Part shown: piece after piece, positions 27,734 to 39,580 of the stretch
Layout of the letters: every line of letters starts with the position of its first letter
Position numbering within the stretch: the first letter of the stretch is position 1
Assembly: GCA_001938485.1 (NCBI GenBank)
Contig: MQRK01233895.1
Coordinates: forward strand, 1-64,000
Length of the DNA: 64,000 bases
DNA from: Girardia tigrina
Lineage: Eukaryota
Direction of reading: 5' to 3'
Position numbers and translations under genes: made by a program
The notes under the pieces: generated by a model
What the model saw: the letters and a program-made list of their open reading frames with translations, nothing else
The model's database searches: none
What the model was told of the DNA's origin: nothing

Positions 27734-29367
27734 TGTTACGGCGAATTTAGTGTTGATCATGATTGCGATAATAATCTGTTGATAAATTCTTTTTTATTTA
27801 TCGGTAAAATGAAATTAGTGATTGAATATCGATAACTCTGATTTTTAAGACAATAGTGGTGGAGTCACTTGGGAAACAATTGAATTTCAAATATAACTTT
27901 TCCATAATTTTAGTCATTTTGTTAAATTGTTTTTATCTTTGATTTTAAAGTGGAGTTTTGTTAATAATAATTGAAAATTAATTATCAATCACATGGTTTA
28001 GAGATTTTAGATGATGTATATAAATAGGGGTGTGGTTTTTCGATTACAGTTAGTAAATAGAGAATTTAGAGTCTTGATTTAGAAATTTAATTTACCATGG
28101 TTTCGGAGTTAATCGCATAAACATAACTAAGCTGACTTGTACGAACTGCAAAGGACGAAAAGTAAAATTAGGAAGTGAGGATTGTAAAAATGTAAAGAAT
28201 TACCTCGTCAATGCAGCTGTTTTATAAGAAATTAGGCTAAAATTCTTTTTTGATATAAATTATTTAAAAAAATTGAAGATGTGTCTACAGGTTGCTATGC
28301 AATTCGTACTGACAAAACAAATAATTTTTTGATTTTATTGTTATCACGAAATTTAAGAAAGTAGGATTGTAATTGCATCTTATGAGTAATTTAGTTAATT
28401 TTCGCCATTCACTTTAATTTGAGAATTTTCGAATTGTTTCTAGGAGCTCTTGCAAATAATTAACTGGAATTGTCAAATAAAATTATTAACTGGGATTTAT
28501 ATTGACGTAATTATTTTACCGATTTACGGATAGAATTTTGTTTTGTTTGGAATGAAATTGGAAGTTAAATTGAAAATTAAATCGAGATTTCTTTAATACA
28601 ATTACAAGTTATTGAATCCCTAATAAAGAAATGATATGAATTATTATTTTGTTGCAGCTCGTAATTTAATTTTGATAATAATCTAATTTTGATAATCTAA
28701 TTCATAATAATTCATAAATCATAATTTAATTTGGATAATAATAATTACTTTGATCGATATAAATATATTTGTCATAAATATTAATACAAGTGATATGAAT
28801 ATAAATACAATTGTTGTATGGAAATAATGAATCCGTGCAAGATGCAAAGAGACCGATTGTCGGTATGCTGCGAAACAAATGAGCTACACAACGGTAACGA
28901 TACATACTGTTGCTGATAATACTTTTAGAAACCCAACAGTGCTACAAGTCACATTACACAACATTGCCCTAAGCTCAGCATCACATAACTCTAGGCCACA
29001 AGTTATAAATCGACATAACAATGCAATAAGTTTACACGCGTATATAACAATGCCTCAAGTCTCCGAGATATAGACATACAGCAGGGTAATAAGTTTCATA
29101 TCATACATCACAGTTTTATAATACACAATAAATATAACAATAGATGATAGGGCTTCGAATTATAGTTAGGAAGAATATCATCCCCGAGCGACACTCCGCT
29201 AGGTGGGGGGCCCATAGCCCATCCCATCTTTATCCGAACCCGCAGGCCCTTCAGACTCGGCACTGCCAGGCAGATGTCGAGCGAGAAGAGGTGTCCGACC
29301 CTATAATAGAATAAGTAATGTATGGAATTATAGTTAATTAAGACTGGGTTGTGGCTGACCCGTAACA
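27734..29367 (+). mobile_element. ~1.6-kb LTR followed by a partial tRNA-Pro-like PBS
   Basis: Terminal inverted repeat TGTTACGG / CCGTAACA; TGGGGGCTC starts 5 nt downstream (29373). Confidence 0.65.
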
Positions 29368-29459
29368 GTCACTGGGGGCTCTGAGCGTTCAAAATTGCTA
29401 CGAACAAATGGGTCGTGACAATTTGCATTCAAAGCGAAATTGATTAATGGTTTAATTCT

Positions 29460-29771
29460 CATTACTTTTTTAGAAAATGGGGAACTAAATATTTAAATAA
29501 CATATTCACTCAAAACTTATTGGATAAAAATTAAAATGATAATTAATTATTTAAAAAATATTAATTTGATTTATTTATTAAATATTATAAAAATTAATTA
29601 ACTTATTTAAAATTTTAAAATTATATGGAATTAAAAATAAATTTAAACATTACATAATTTTTAAATAATAAGAATTAAAATATTAATCATACATCTGGGT
29701 AGGAGAGACACATTTCCAAATCAACATACACATTCAAACACAAAACATCAAACATTCAAATATTCATTACA
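29460..29771 (-). repeat. LTR-like repeat (TGTGAGGAATATT / CTCTCCTACCCAGATGG family)
   Basis: Reverse complement of the copies at 47582 and 52476; core at 29692-29712. Confidence 0.75.
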
Positions 29772-30984
29772 GTTCGTTTTAAGTCATTAAGCAAATTGAA
29801 TAAGTTAAAGTTAAGTCTATAATATTAAATAACATTTTCGAAACAAAATAATAAAATAATTAATATATTACTTTTTACCAAATATATTTTATTTACTGAT
29901 CAAATTAAAACAAAGAAATCAAGAATTAGAAAGATCAAGTACTTGTTAAGATTTATGTTTTCAGTTATTTCCAAACTCGAAACCTTTGTATTTTCTGTTA
30001 TAAAAAATGCAACATTTATTTTATACTTTGTAAATGTGAAATATTTTATGAAATTGCCTTAATTTGATTTAAATTTTAATTATTTAATTTTAATGAAAAC
30101 TTGTTTTTAAAATCAGAGAAACGTCACATAAAATTAGAATTTATTAATTTTATTTAAGTTTCAAAACATAAAATTTTCAAAAATCACAAAATATTTTTTA
30201 ATATTTGCTTAAAAATTCTAAAATATTTTTATATTATTTTTTGAAAATAAAATAGAAAGGTAAAATAATATGATATCATATTTATTAAAACATTTATTTA
30301 GTTAAAAAATATGTGAATATTTATTACCTTTAAAAAATATTTTTTTCAATTCAGTAAGACGTGTCGTTATTTCTATATAATAATCGCTCTCCAAAAACGC
30401 GATCGCCTCTTCCTTCTTTTCCGCATGTGTTTCTGTTTCTTCGCTTTCTATGTATTCGTATTTTTTATTTATTTTGATTAGCTCGTCAAACGTTTCTTTA
30501 TGTGTTTTAATTGCGTTCAGGTTTTTATATTCTACTTTATATAAAGAATCGAAATCGATTATTTTATTATTATTTTTACATTCTTTAGATTTTAGAGGAT
30601 TTTTTGTGAATTTCTTTAGTTTCAATGATTGAATTAATGATCTAGTCGATATTCGAAGAAGGATGTTGTTGTGGAATTCGTTTGTATTTATTATTGTTTA
30701 AATAATATTAAATAATAGTGTAAATAAAACAGATAATTTTAAATTTTAAAGTCAGTTTGAAATTCTGCAAATTAAAGATTTGACAAATACTTAATTCTAA
30801 ACAGTTTTCGTAAAAAATAAAAATTAAAACTCTTATCATTAATATATCGTAATAATAATAATAAATTTGAATATTGTATATTATATTTTGTATTTAAAAT
30901 TTGTATTGTATTTAAAAATGTATTTAAAAAATTGTATTTAAAATTGTATTATAAACAAATAAACGCCATTTAAAAATATATTTA

Positions 30985-31028
30985 AGGATAATATATTTCG
31001 ACGGTTTAACCGTCATCATCAGATCACT
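30985..31028 (-). ncRNA. Minimal type I hammerhead ribozyme in the Penelope pLTR
   Basis: - strand reads GAT-CTGATGA-T-GACGGT(TAA)ACCGTC-GAAA-TATAT-T-ATC. Confidence 0.8.
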
Positions 31029-31950
31029 GATTATGTTCTTTTTTATTACTTTTATATAAGAAATGAATGATTATGCAATCACATACGTAAGTCTAATCGA
31101 AAACTCTTAACAAATTAGTTGAGAGTGCTGTTTGAACATTGATTTTAGGATCACATGATCTTATCAACAATGCTTCACATGANACTCTCTCCCAATAATT
31201 TTTAAAATGCTTGCACAAAATCTTAAAATCATTTATGCTCATATTACATTTACACGTTTTTTTATGCTAAGCAATATTACTCTTTCCCCCTTTTTGACTG
31301 TGTTCTTGGACTCGTTTGCAGAGATGACGGGCAGTCTCTCCGATGTATGTGGCATTGCACCCATTACATGTTTATTGATAAACAATGTCCGAACACAATC
31401 CTAAAGGAGTATGTGATTTAAAGGAGTATGCAAAACATATTCTCAACTTTAAATGATTGAGAAATAATTTTTAAATTTAAATTTAAAATGTTATCTGTTG
31501 ATTTCAAGATCGAATTCTTGAGGTGTTTAAAACCCTCGGAGTAAGGTAAGCTTAGAGTATTCCCAGGTGTAAAGCAGTTTTCAATGTTTAAACTATTAAT
31601 TTTTTCATTTTTGATTTTTTCTTTTTCGATTATTTTATCTACAGTCTCACGAGTGAGTCTACCTATGATGGACTTAGAGTAACCGTCATTAATCAATAAC
31701 TTGCTCAATGTATCAATACTTTTAATAGATTTTGAAAACGTGAAAGAAAGAGACCAAGAGCGGTATAACAAACCTTTGATCATATTCCTTTTATATTTAA
31801 ACTCACAAAAACTGTTTATGGAGGTGTACAAACCAGTATCAGTTTTCTTTCGATATATTTCAGTTTCATAATGATCATTTTTTTCTTTCAATTAACAAAT
31901 CAAGGAATGGTAATTTTCCATTTATTTCCTGTTCTACTGTAAAGATTATA

Positions 31951-33294
31951 CAGTGCGTTCAGAAAGTCACTGTGCACCTTTCATTGTCTGGTTTATTTTT
32001 AGATAATCAGCGTCGTAGAAGACTTTTTAAATGCAAATTTCTATGAAATCGAACTATGAAATAGATTCGTGAACAAAACACATACCTACACACTTTGACC
32101 TTGACACTGAGCGTTTTAAATTTTTTAAAAAAATATCATTTTGATATTCAATCGAATCATTGAGGAAAGTCAATTTATTGCGAAGTTAATTCTAATTGAA
32201 AATGGTTTTGTCAACGGAGGAGAGAATATTTTTGATTGAACATGTCTTTCGTGCGAATGATGAATACACAGAAGCAGTGAAGGAAAAATTTGCCGAAAAG
32301 TTTCCCGCAACAGCAATACCTCATCGAAATGCAGTTCGAGCGTTGGTGAACAAGTTAAGAGAAACTGGATCCGTTTATGATGCCTCCCGCTCAGGTCGAC
32401 CAACGATTTCAACGGTGCAAAAAGTCAATGTTATTTCGAAAGCCATGAGCCAGAGTCCAACAAAGTCAATGCGCCGTTTATCTCAAGAAGTGAGTGTATC
32501 CGTTGGAACTGCACATGCCGCCGTGAGGANNNNNNNNNNNNNNNNNNNNNNNNNNNNNNNNNNNNNNNNNNNNNNNNNNNNNNNNNNNNNNNNNNNNNNN
32601 NNNNNNNNNNNNNNNNNNNNNNNNNNNNNNNNNNNNNNNNNNNNNNNNNNNNNNNNNNNNNNNNNNNNNNNNNNNNNNNNNNNNNNNNNNNNNNNNNNNN
32701 NNNNNNNNNNNNNNNNNNNNNNNNNNNNNNNNNNNNNNNNNNNNNNNNNNNNNNNNNNNNNNNNNNNNNNNNNNNNNNNNNNNNNNNNNNNNNNNNNNNN
32801 NNNNNNNNNNNNNNNNNNNNNNNNNNNNNNNNNNNNNNNNNNNNNNNNNNNNNNNNNNNNNNNNNNNNNNNNNNNNNNNNNNNNNNNNNNNNNNNNNNNN
32901 NNNNNNNNNNNNNNNNNNNNNNNNNNNNNNNNNNNNNNNNNNNNNNNNNNNNNNNNNNNNNNNNNNNNNNNNNNNNNNNNNNNNNNNNNNNNNNNNNNNN
33001 NNNNNNNNNNNNNNNNNNNNNNNNNNNNNNNNNNNNNNNNNNNNNNNNNNNNNNNNNNNNNNNNNNNNNNNNNNNNNNNNNNNNNNNNNNNNNNNNNNNN
33101 NNNNNNNNNNNNNNNNNNNNNNNNNNNNNNNNNNNNNNNNNNNNNNNNNNNNNNNNNNNNNNNNNNNNNNNNNNNNNNNNNTTGTTCTTCACATAAAATT
33201 GACTATTCAAAATATTTTGTTATTGATTTTTAGAACACAGGATATCGTTCTTGTTTTGAAATTGCAGGTGCACAGTTACTTTTTGAACGCACTG
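31951..33294 (+). mobile_element. Tc1/mariner-superfamily transposon (DUF4817-type HTH N-terminus), partly in a gap
   Basis: TA TSD; TIRs CAGTGCGTTCAGAAAGTCACTGTGCACCT / AGGTGCACAGTTACTTTTTGAACGCACTG; ORF MVLSTEERIFL...ETGSVYDASRSGRP. Confidence 0.92.
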
Positions 33295-33721
33295 TAGTTG
33301 GATGAATCGAATTCATGTAATCTAGAAAAGGAAACACATGTTCTCGAGATTCAAAGACTAGAAAGATATCATCTACATATCTGTTATAAAGTAGTGGTTT
33401 TTCCCCAAAAACAATTCTATTTTTTCTTCAATGGAAGAAAGAAATATAGAGGATAACGTTGGAGCCAATGGTAATATTGCTGAGCATAAAAAACGTGTAA
33501 ATGTAATATGAGCATAAATGATTTTAAGATTTTGTGCAAGCATTTTAAAAATTATTGGGAGAGAGTTTCATGTGAAGCATTGTTGATAAGATCTTGTGAT
33601 CCTAAAATCAATGTTCAAACAGCACTCTCAACTAATTTGTTAAGAGTTTTCGATTAGATTTACGTAAGTGATTGAATAATCATTCATTTATTATATAAAA
33701 GTAATAAAAAAGAACATAATC

Positions 33722-33765
33722 AGTGATCTGATGATGACGGTTAAACCGTCGAAATATATTATCCT
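33722..33765 (+). ncRNA. Minimal type I hammerhead ribozyme in the Penelope pLTR
   Basis: CTGATGA core, stem II GACGGT/ACCGTC, GAAA, palindromic ATATAT stem III, short stem I GAT/ATC. Confidence 0.8.
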
Positions 33766-36127
33766 AAAATATATTTTTAAATGGCGTTTATTTGTTTATA
33801 ATAAAAAATTGCCATCTTTTTTCAAGTTTATTTAAAATTGTATATTTTTGTATTTAAAATAATTGCAGGTAATAAAATGCTTTTAAATTGAAATATTGAT
33901 AATAAATAAAACGTTAACATCTTTTATTAATTAAAATGTTTTCACAAATAAAATAAAATAACAGTAAACTAATTCTAAAGTAATAAAAAATCATTTTTGT
34001 TAATTTAGTAAAAATATGATTAAAATAAATTATGTTGATTTTAGTTTAAATTAAATTGCATAAAATAGTGGAATATAAATTTTCAAAATGAAGAAAAAAA
34101 AATTCAATTTTAAAATAGTTTATCAGTATTTATAATTCCATATTTTCATGTATAAAGAATCTGATCAAAAAGAAAACGAAGAAAAGTTCCTCGATGAAAA
34201 ATTGTTTAAATAATTGTTATTTGTGATAGAAATAAAATTTGATGTTAATGAGTTATTATCTCGATCAAGAACCCAACTTCTTCAATCGAATATCAACTGT
34301 TGAAACTTTTCTTTTCTTTCATGAGTGGTTATAACCCACTGTCCTAATTCTGACTCTAATTATGGCCAATATAGAAAACCTCATCAACGGGCACGTTTTC
34401 TTCGCAGCATTACAGTCAAGACATTTTTTTGTTTATCCAATGTCTCACATTACTTTCATTCACTAAATATTCACGAACCACACTTATATTGAAATTTTCT
34501 TCAGCATATTTGACTACTTTGAACTTAAATTCAGCTGTAAATGACTTATGTTACGGTTGCATTTCAAAATCCATTATTAAACAAACAAAAAATACATTTC
34601 TGACATTTTAAATTTTTTAATTTTTTATGGAATTTTTTTATCTCTTTTTAAATCTGTTATTAATTGAATTCAAAGACACGCTTTCAAATAATTTATTAAA
34701 CAAACAAAAAATAGTTTAAGTGCGGGTTATAAGTATATAATTTTAATAATTTATAGAAATTAATGATACTTATATTAGGTTGTTCGATATGAAACGGGTC
34801 AAAATTAAAGTAAAATGTAAATCGATTTTTTTTAAATAATAACATTTTATTTTTAATCAAAATATCCCCCCATGTTGTCAACACNNNNNNNNNNNNNNNN
34901 NNNNNNNNNNNNNNNNNNNNNNNNNNNNNNNNNNNNNNNNNNNNNNNNNNNNNNNNNNNNNNNNNNNNNNNNNNNNNNNNNNNNNNNNNNNNNNNNNNNN
35001 NNNNNNNNNNNNNNNNNNNNNNNNNNNNNNNNNNNNNNNNNNNNNNNNNNNNNNNNNNNNNNNNNNNNNNNNNNNNNNNNNNNNNNNNNNNNNNNNNNNN
35101 NNNNNNNNNNNNNNNNNNNNNNNNNNNNNNNNNNNNNNNNNNNNNNNNNNNNNNNNNNNNNNNNNNNNNNNNNNNNNNNNNNNNNNNNNNNNNNNNNNNN
35201 NNNNNNNNNNNNNNNNNNNNNNNNNNNNNNNNNNNNNNNNNNNNNNNNNNNNNNNNNNNNNNNNNNNNNNNNNNNNNNNNNNNNNNNNNNNNNNNNNNNN
35301 NNNNNNNNNNNNNNNNNNNNNNNNNNNNNNNNNNNNNNNNNNNNNNNNNNNNNNNNNNNNNNNNNNNNNNNNNNNNNNNNNNNNNNNNNNNNNNNNNNNN
35401 NNNNNNNNNNNNNNNNNNNNNNNNNNNNNNNNNNNNNNNNNNNNNNNNNNNNNNNNNNNNNNNNNNNNNNNNNNNNNNNNNNNNNNNNNNNNNNNNNNNN
35501 NNNNNNNNNNNNNNNNNNNNNNNNNNNNNNNNNNNNNNNNNNNNNNNNNNNNNNNNNNNNNNNNNNNNNNNNNNNNNNNNNNNNNNNNNNNNNNNNNNNN
35601 NNNNNNNNNNNNNNNNNNNNNNNNNNNNNNNNNNNNNNNNNNNNNNNNNNNNNNNNNNNNNNNNNNNNNNNNNNNNNNNNNNNNNNNNNNNNNNNNNNNN
35701 NNNNNNNNNNNNNNNNNNNNNNNNNNNNNNNNNNNNNNNNNNNNNNNNNNNNNNNNNNNNNNNNNNNNNNNNNNNNNNNNNNNNNNNNNNNNNNNNNNNN
35801 NNNNNNNNNNNATATCTGTCAAGAAATACCTTATTTATTTTCATACGATAGTTCAAAGTTAAGTTATACGCGATTGAAATGTAAGGTGTGAAGTTTGACC
35901 CGTTTCATATCGAACAACCTAATAAGTTGCGGGTTATACGCAAGAAATTAGGGTAATATGTTAGTATGAAAGACTTTAAGTGAAAAAAATTTTACGTTAC
36001 TTGAAAAAGTAAAAAAGTGTTTATCGGAGAGACATTAAAATATAAGAATCTTTACGGACACAGTGTTAATAAAATAACCTAAAGTGTTAACGGATTACAC
36101 TGTACCACGCTTTTGAACATCAATGTA

Positions 36128-36457
36128 ATTTAGAAACCTATTTTTGTTGGCCGTCTACTCAATCAATTTTTTTCAAACTTTGCACACTTACTCATTTTCG
36201 ATGACAATAAATGATTATGTAAAAATTTGATCGAAAAAACCTTGTTAAAATCCCAAAATTGGAAAAAAACGAAAAATTCGGAGTTTCTGAACAATATTAA
36301 TTGCAAGATATCTACTTTTAAATTATAAGTAGTTTATATTAATTTTTAATGTGTTTTTTAATAAACATTTTTAAATTTTAAAAACTTTGTCGGCAAAGTA
36401 GAGTTCTGTCTGCATAAAGAATGGATATAAAAATTTTAATTTTTTGATTTACTAGTT
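36128..36457. repeat. Dispersed ~325-bp repeat, copy 3
   Basis: Direct similarity to 930-1253 and 21279-21603. Confidence 0.75.
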
Positions 36458-37570
36458 TTAATTACAATCAAGTAAATATACATGTAAGTATAAATTATTA
36501 AAAAAATGTGAGTTCTCTTATCAGTCACATCCAAAACAACGTTCAAAAGTTGTTTTCAATTCATATACAAACAAGTAATCCGTTCCCAAGTATATATTTA
36601 ATTTCAATACTGGCAAATTTAGATTTTATGCCAATCTTTTATTGTTAAAATCTATTCAAAGAAACTGATGAAAAGTAATCACTTATATACAAACAATTTT
36701 TTAGACTAGGACTTATTTTTTATAATTATCTAGTATTTGTTTTCGTTGTGTTTTAATATATTATTATCAATACATTTTGTGTTATTTAATGTAGACATTT
36801 TAATTTATTTTTGTCCATGAATACCTCTCAAAGATGTTCACAAACCAAATGATATCTCTGTTAACCTGTTTGCGCTAATCTTTTATAGAAGATATATACA
36901 TTTTGTCACCTTACCCATTATCCATTTACCCATATATCTTACATTCAACGAGTTTACCCATATAAATAAATAAATCATCTTGGAAAAGTTTGAACTCACT
37001 TTGAAAAATGTTATTTTTGCATTTTTCACTTTTATGAACAGTTTTGCATATTTTAGTTTTATAGAAAGATATTTTATTAATGACTGTAAAGCGTTGTTTT
37101 TACTTGATGAATTGATAATTTTAAATTTGCACAATAGAAGTAAGGTGATAGATTCTGAAGTAACAATATTATCTATAGGCTTACTTCATTTTATAAATTA
37201 ACTAACATGAGATGTTAATTAATTAATCAATATGTTAAATAATTATTAGAATAACAGAAGGAGAATAACGAAGGTATAATACAATATCACACAACAAGAA
37301 AATAGAATTATAAGAAATATAGTTAACAAATAAATGTTACTTTATCAGATGTTGTCGATGATTCGTCAATTAATATAATAGAGATTGTTGAAGAATTTTT
37401 CAGTGGTATCGATCAGCAAAATATAGATGTGCGCACATTTTAAAATTTTCTAAAAGTTTATACGGTCTTTGTTTATCTAAATAAACGTTTTAAAAACGTT
37501 TAAACAATCTCTACATCCATGGAGAAACATCACGACTAAGCTATATTTTTTCAAAGTCCATTCATTTCGA

Positions 37571-37760
37571 TAATTGCATAGATTATTAATTTGTCACAAA
37601 AAATGTTTACAAGAAATTGTTTTTGCAAGGCTTTATGTGCAAATTGCATAGATTATTAATTTGTCACAAAAAATGTTTACAAGAAATTGTTTTTGCAAGG
37701 CTTTATGTGCAAATTGCATAGATTATTAATTTGTTACATAAAATGCTTACAAGAAATTCT
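37571..37760. repeat. 70-bp tandem repeat, ~2.7 copies
   Basis: Units start at 37571, 37641 and 37711. Confidence 0.9.
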
Positions 37761-38256
37761 TATACGATTTTGATCGAACAGACGATGCAAAATTAATGGT
37801 AAAGTATCAATTAGTACATTGTTTTTACATAGATGTCACATTCAATGAATGCTGCACGAAAATTCTTTGATTTAAGGTAGTCGAAATATTTTAATGTCGC
37901 ATTCGCTAATCCTATCTCAATTGTGTAGAAGCCCAACTAAATGTATTTTTGAAAAATGTCACAGATAACGACAGACAAGGGATGGAGCAACATTAGAACG
38001 ACTTTTACATAACAATTGTGTGGCTGAGCTGAATGCCGACTTTGGGTTACTTCTTATATTTTAAGTATTCAAAACTAGCTAGACGAATAATTCCATTCCG
38101 ATGGTATGAAATTGCAAAGTTAGTTCAGATTTTGAGAGACTGACTTAAAAGTGGTTTTTAACAGAATAAACATTAATTTATTCTAAACATAAATCAAGCA
38201 AACTATAATTAATAATTGTGAATAAATTGAAAAAAAATTGGCAGATTATTAAAATT

Positions 38257-38421
38257 AAAATTCGAAAGCCAATTGAAAATATTTATTAATTAATAAATTT
38301 TTCAAAGTCCATTCATTTCGATAATTGCATAGATTATTAATTTGTTAATAAATATTTTAATTTAAATTTAATTTTAATTTTAATTAAATTAATAAATATT
38401 TTCAATTGGCTTTCGAATTTT
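38257..38421. repeat. 35-bp perfect inverted repeat with a 95-bp spacer
   Basis: 38257-38291 is the exact reverse complement of 38387-38421. Confidence 0.85.
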
Positions 38422-38921
38422 GATTATAATTAATAAGATCACATTATTTCTACATCTTTTTTGTTTTTGCAAGGCTTTATGTACAAACTGCTTGAAAATC
38501 TAGCGGTGGCATAAAACGGTTTAGTCTGGGAGTTTTTCATCCTACTTTTCTCAAAGTTGCAAATTGTATTATAATACTATCAAACTTAAAGGAGAGTTGA
38601 TTGCTCCAGATATCTAAATATACCCAAAGTAAAAAAAATAGAAAAAGGACAATTATTATAATAGAAAAAAACAAAGATAAAATGTCAAAAACAGAATGAT
38701 TAAAATGGATTGTTGTGAATTTATTAAATTATATTTATACGAAACAAATTCCTTTTCTAATTCAATAAAATATGTTCTTTGAAGTGTAAATATTAAATTT
38801 TAAAGATAGGACAAATAATTGTAATTTTGTAATAATAATAAATGAAAAAATTTTACGAACTAAAAAAATAAATGATAATTAGGAAAAAACACTTATTTGC
38901 GAATGACTAATCCATTATTAA

Positions 38922-39580
38922 CACATTGTGATCGGGCATTTTTCGGCCGCGTACTAGTGCTGGTAACGGGTGATTTTTCGCGTAATTTCGCGCTAACGTA
39001 GACCTCAAGAGCAATTGCGATAACTTCAAAAATATTTGTTTGATTTCAATAATTCTTTTTGCAAATTATTTATTTTATTACATTTTATTTTATTATATTT
39101 AGAAATGTATTCTTCATCGTTAAACTAGTGCAGAATTTCACATAAAGTAGGAAAGTTTTGAAAAAATTCATATATTTTTTACATAAAATCCTTTATTTTA
39201 CAAATTATACACAAAAAAATATTTCTAAATGTAAAATAAAAATTAGTATTGTTTTATGGTGTGACATCTTTCAAATTATTATTCTTCGTCTTAGTGTTGC
39301 ATGTAGACCGTTATATGTACCGTTATCTTCGACTATTTTTGTGATGAATAACACTACCTCGGTACCCATCGTACACCCAATCTATTGTTCTCCAAAGGTT
39401 TTTACCTGCATGGCTACAACCCTACAGACGCTATATAGCGAAAACTCAAGTATATTGGAACCCATATTTTAACGTGACCCGCGCTCCACTAACAATCTAT
39501 CAAAAACGTATAAATACGTGATCCGCTCTCTAGCATTAATTTGCTAAAAACGTATTAATACGTGATCCGATTACAATGTG
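38922..39580. mobile_element. Non-autonomous piggyBac-like element
   Basis: TTAA|CACATTGTGATCGG ... CCGATTACAATGTG|ATAA; subterminal repeats AAAACGTATWAATACGTGATCCG. Confidence 0.7.

Larger units (their letters stand above)
25904..29420 (+). mobile_element. Composite of long LTR-like sequences (TGTTACGG...GTGACA, ATTT flanks)
   Basis: TG...CA ends with ATTT on both sides; ~172-bp tandem repeats at 26060-26460; TATAAATA at 26701; AATAAA at 27123. Confidence 0.55.
30950..33828 (-). mobile_element. Penelope-like retroelement, 5'-truncated, with inverted pseudo-LTRs
   Basis: RT (PLAPTLS, YNRYVDDIF, FTVEQEINGKLPFLD, YRKKTDTGLY) and GIY-YIG (CNGCNATYIGETARHL). ~330-bp inverted repeats at 30948-31280 / 33471-33802. 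Candidate TSD TATTTAAAATTGTAT. Confidence 0.92.

Noticed and set aside
34696-35891. Long ORFs spanning N runs (also 43164-44259, 32431-33210, 46194-46502)
   Set aside because: Artefacts of assembly gaps.
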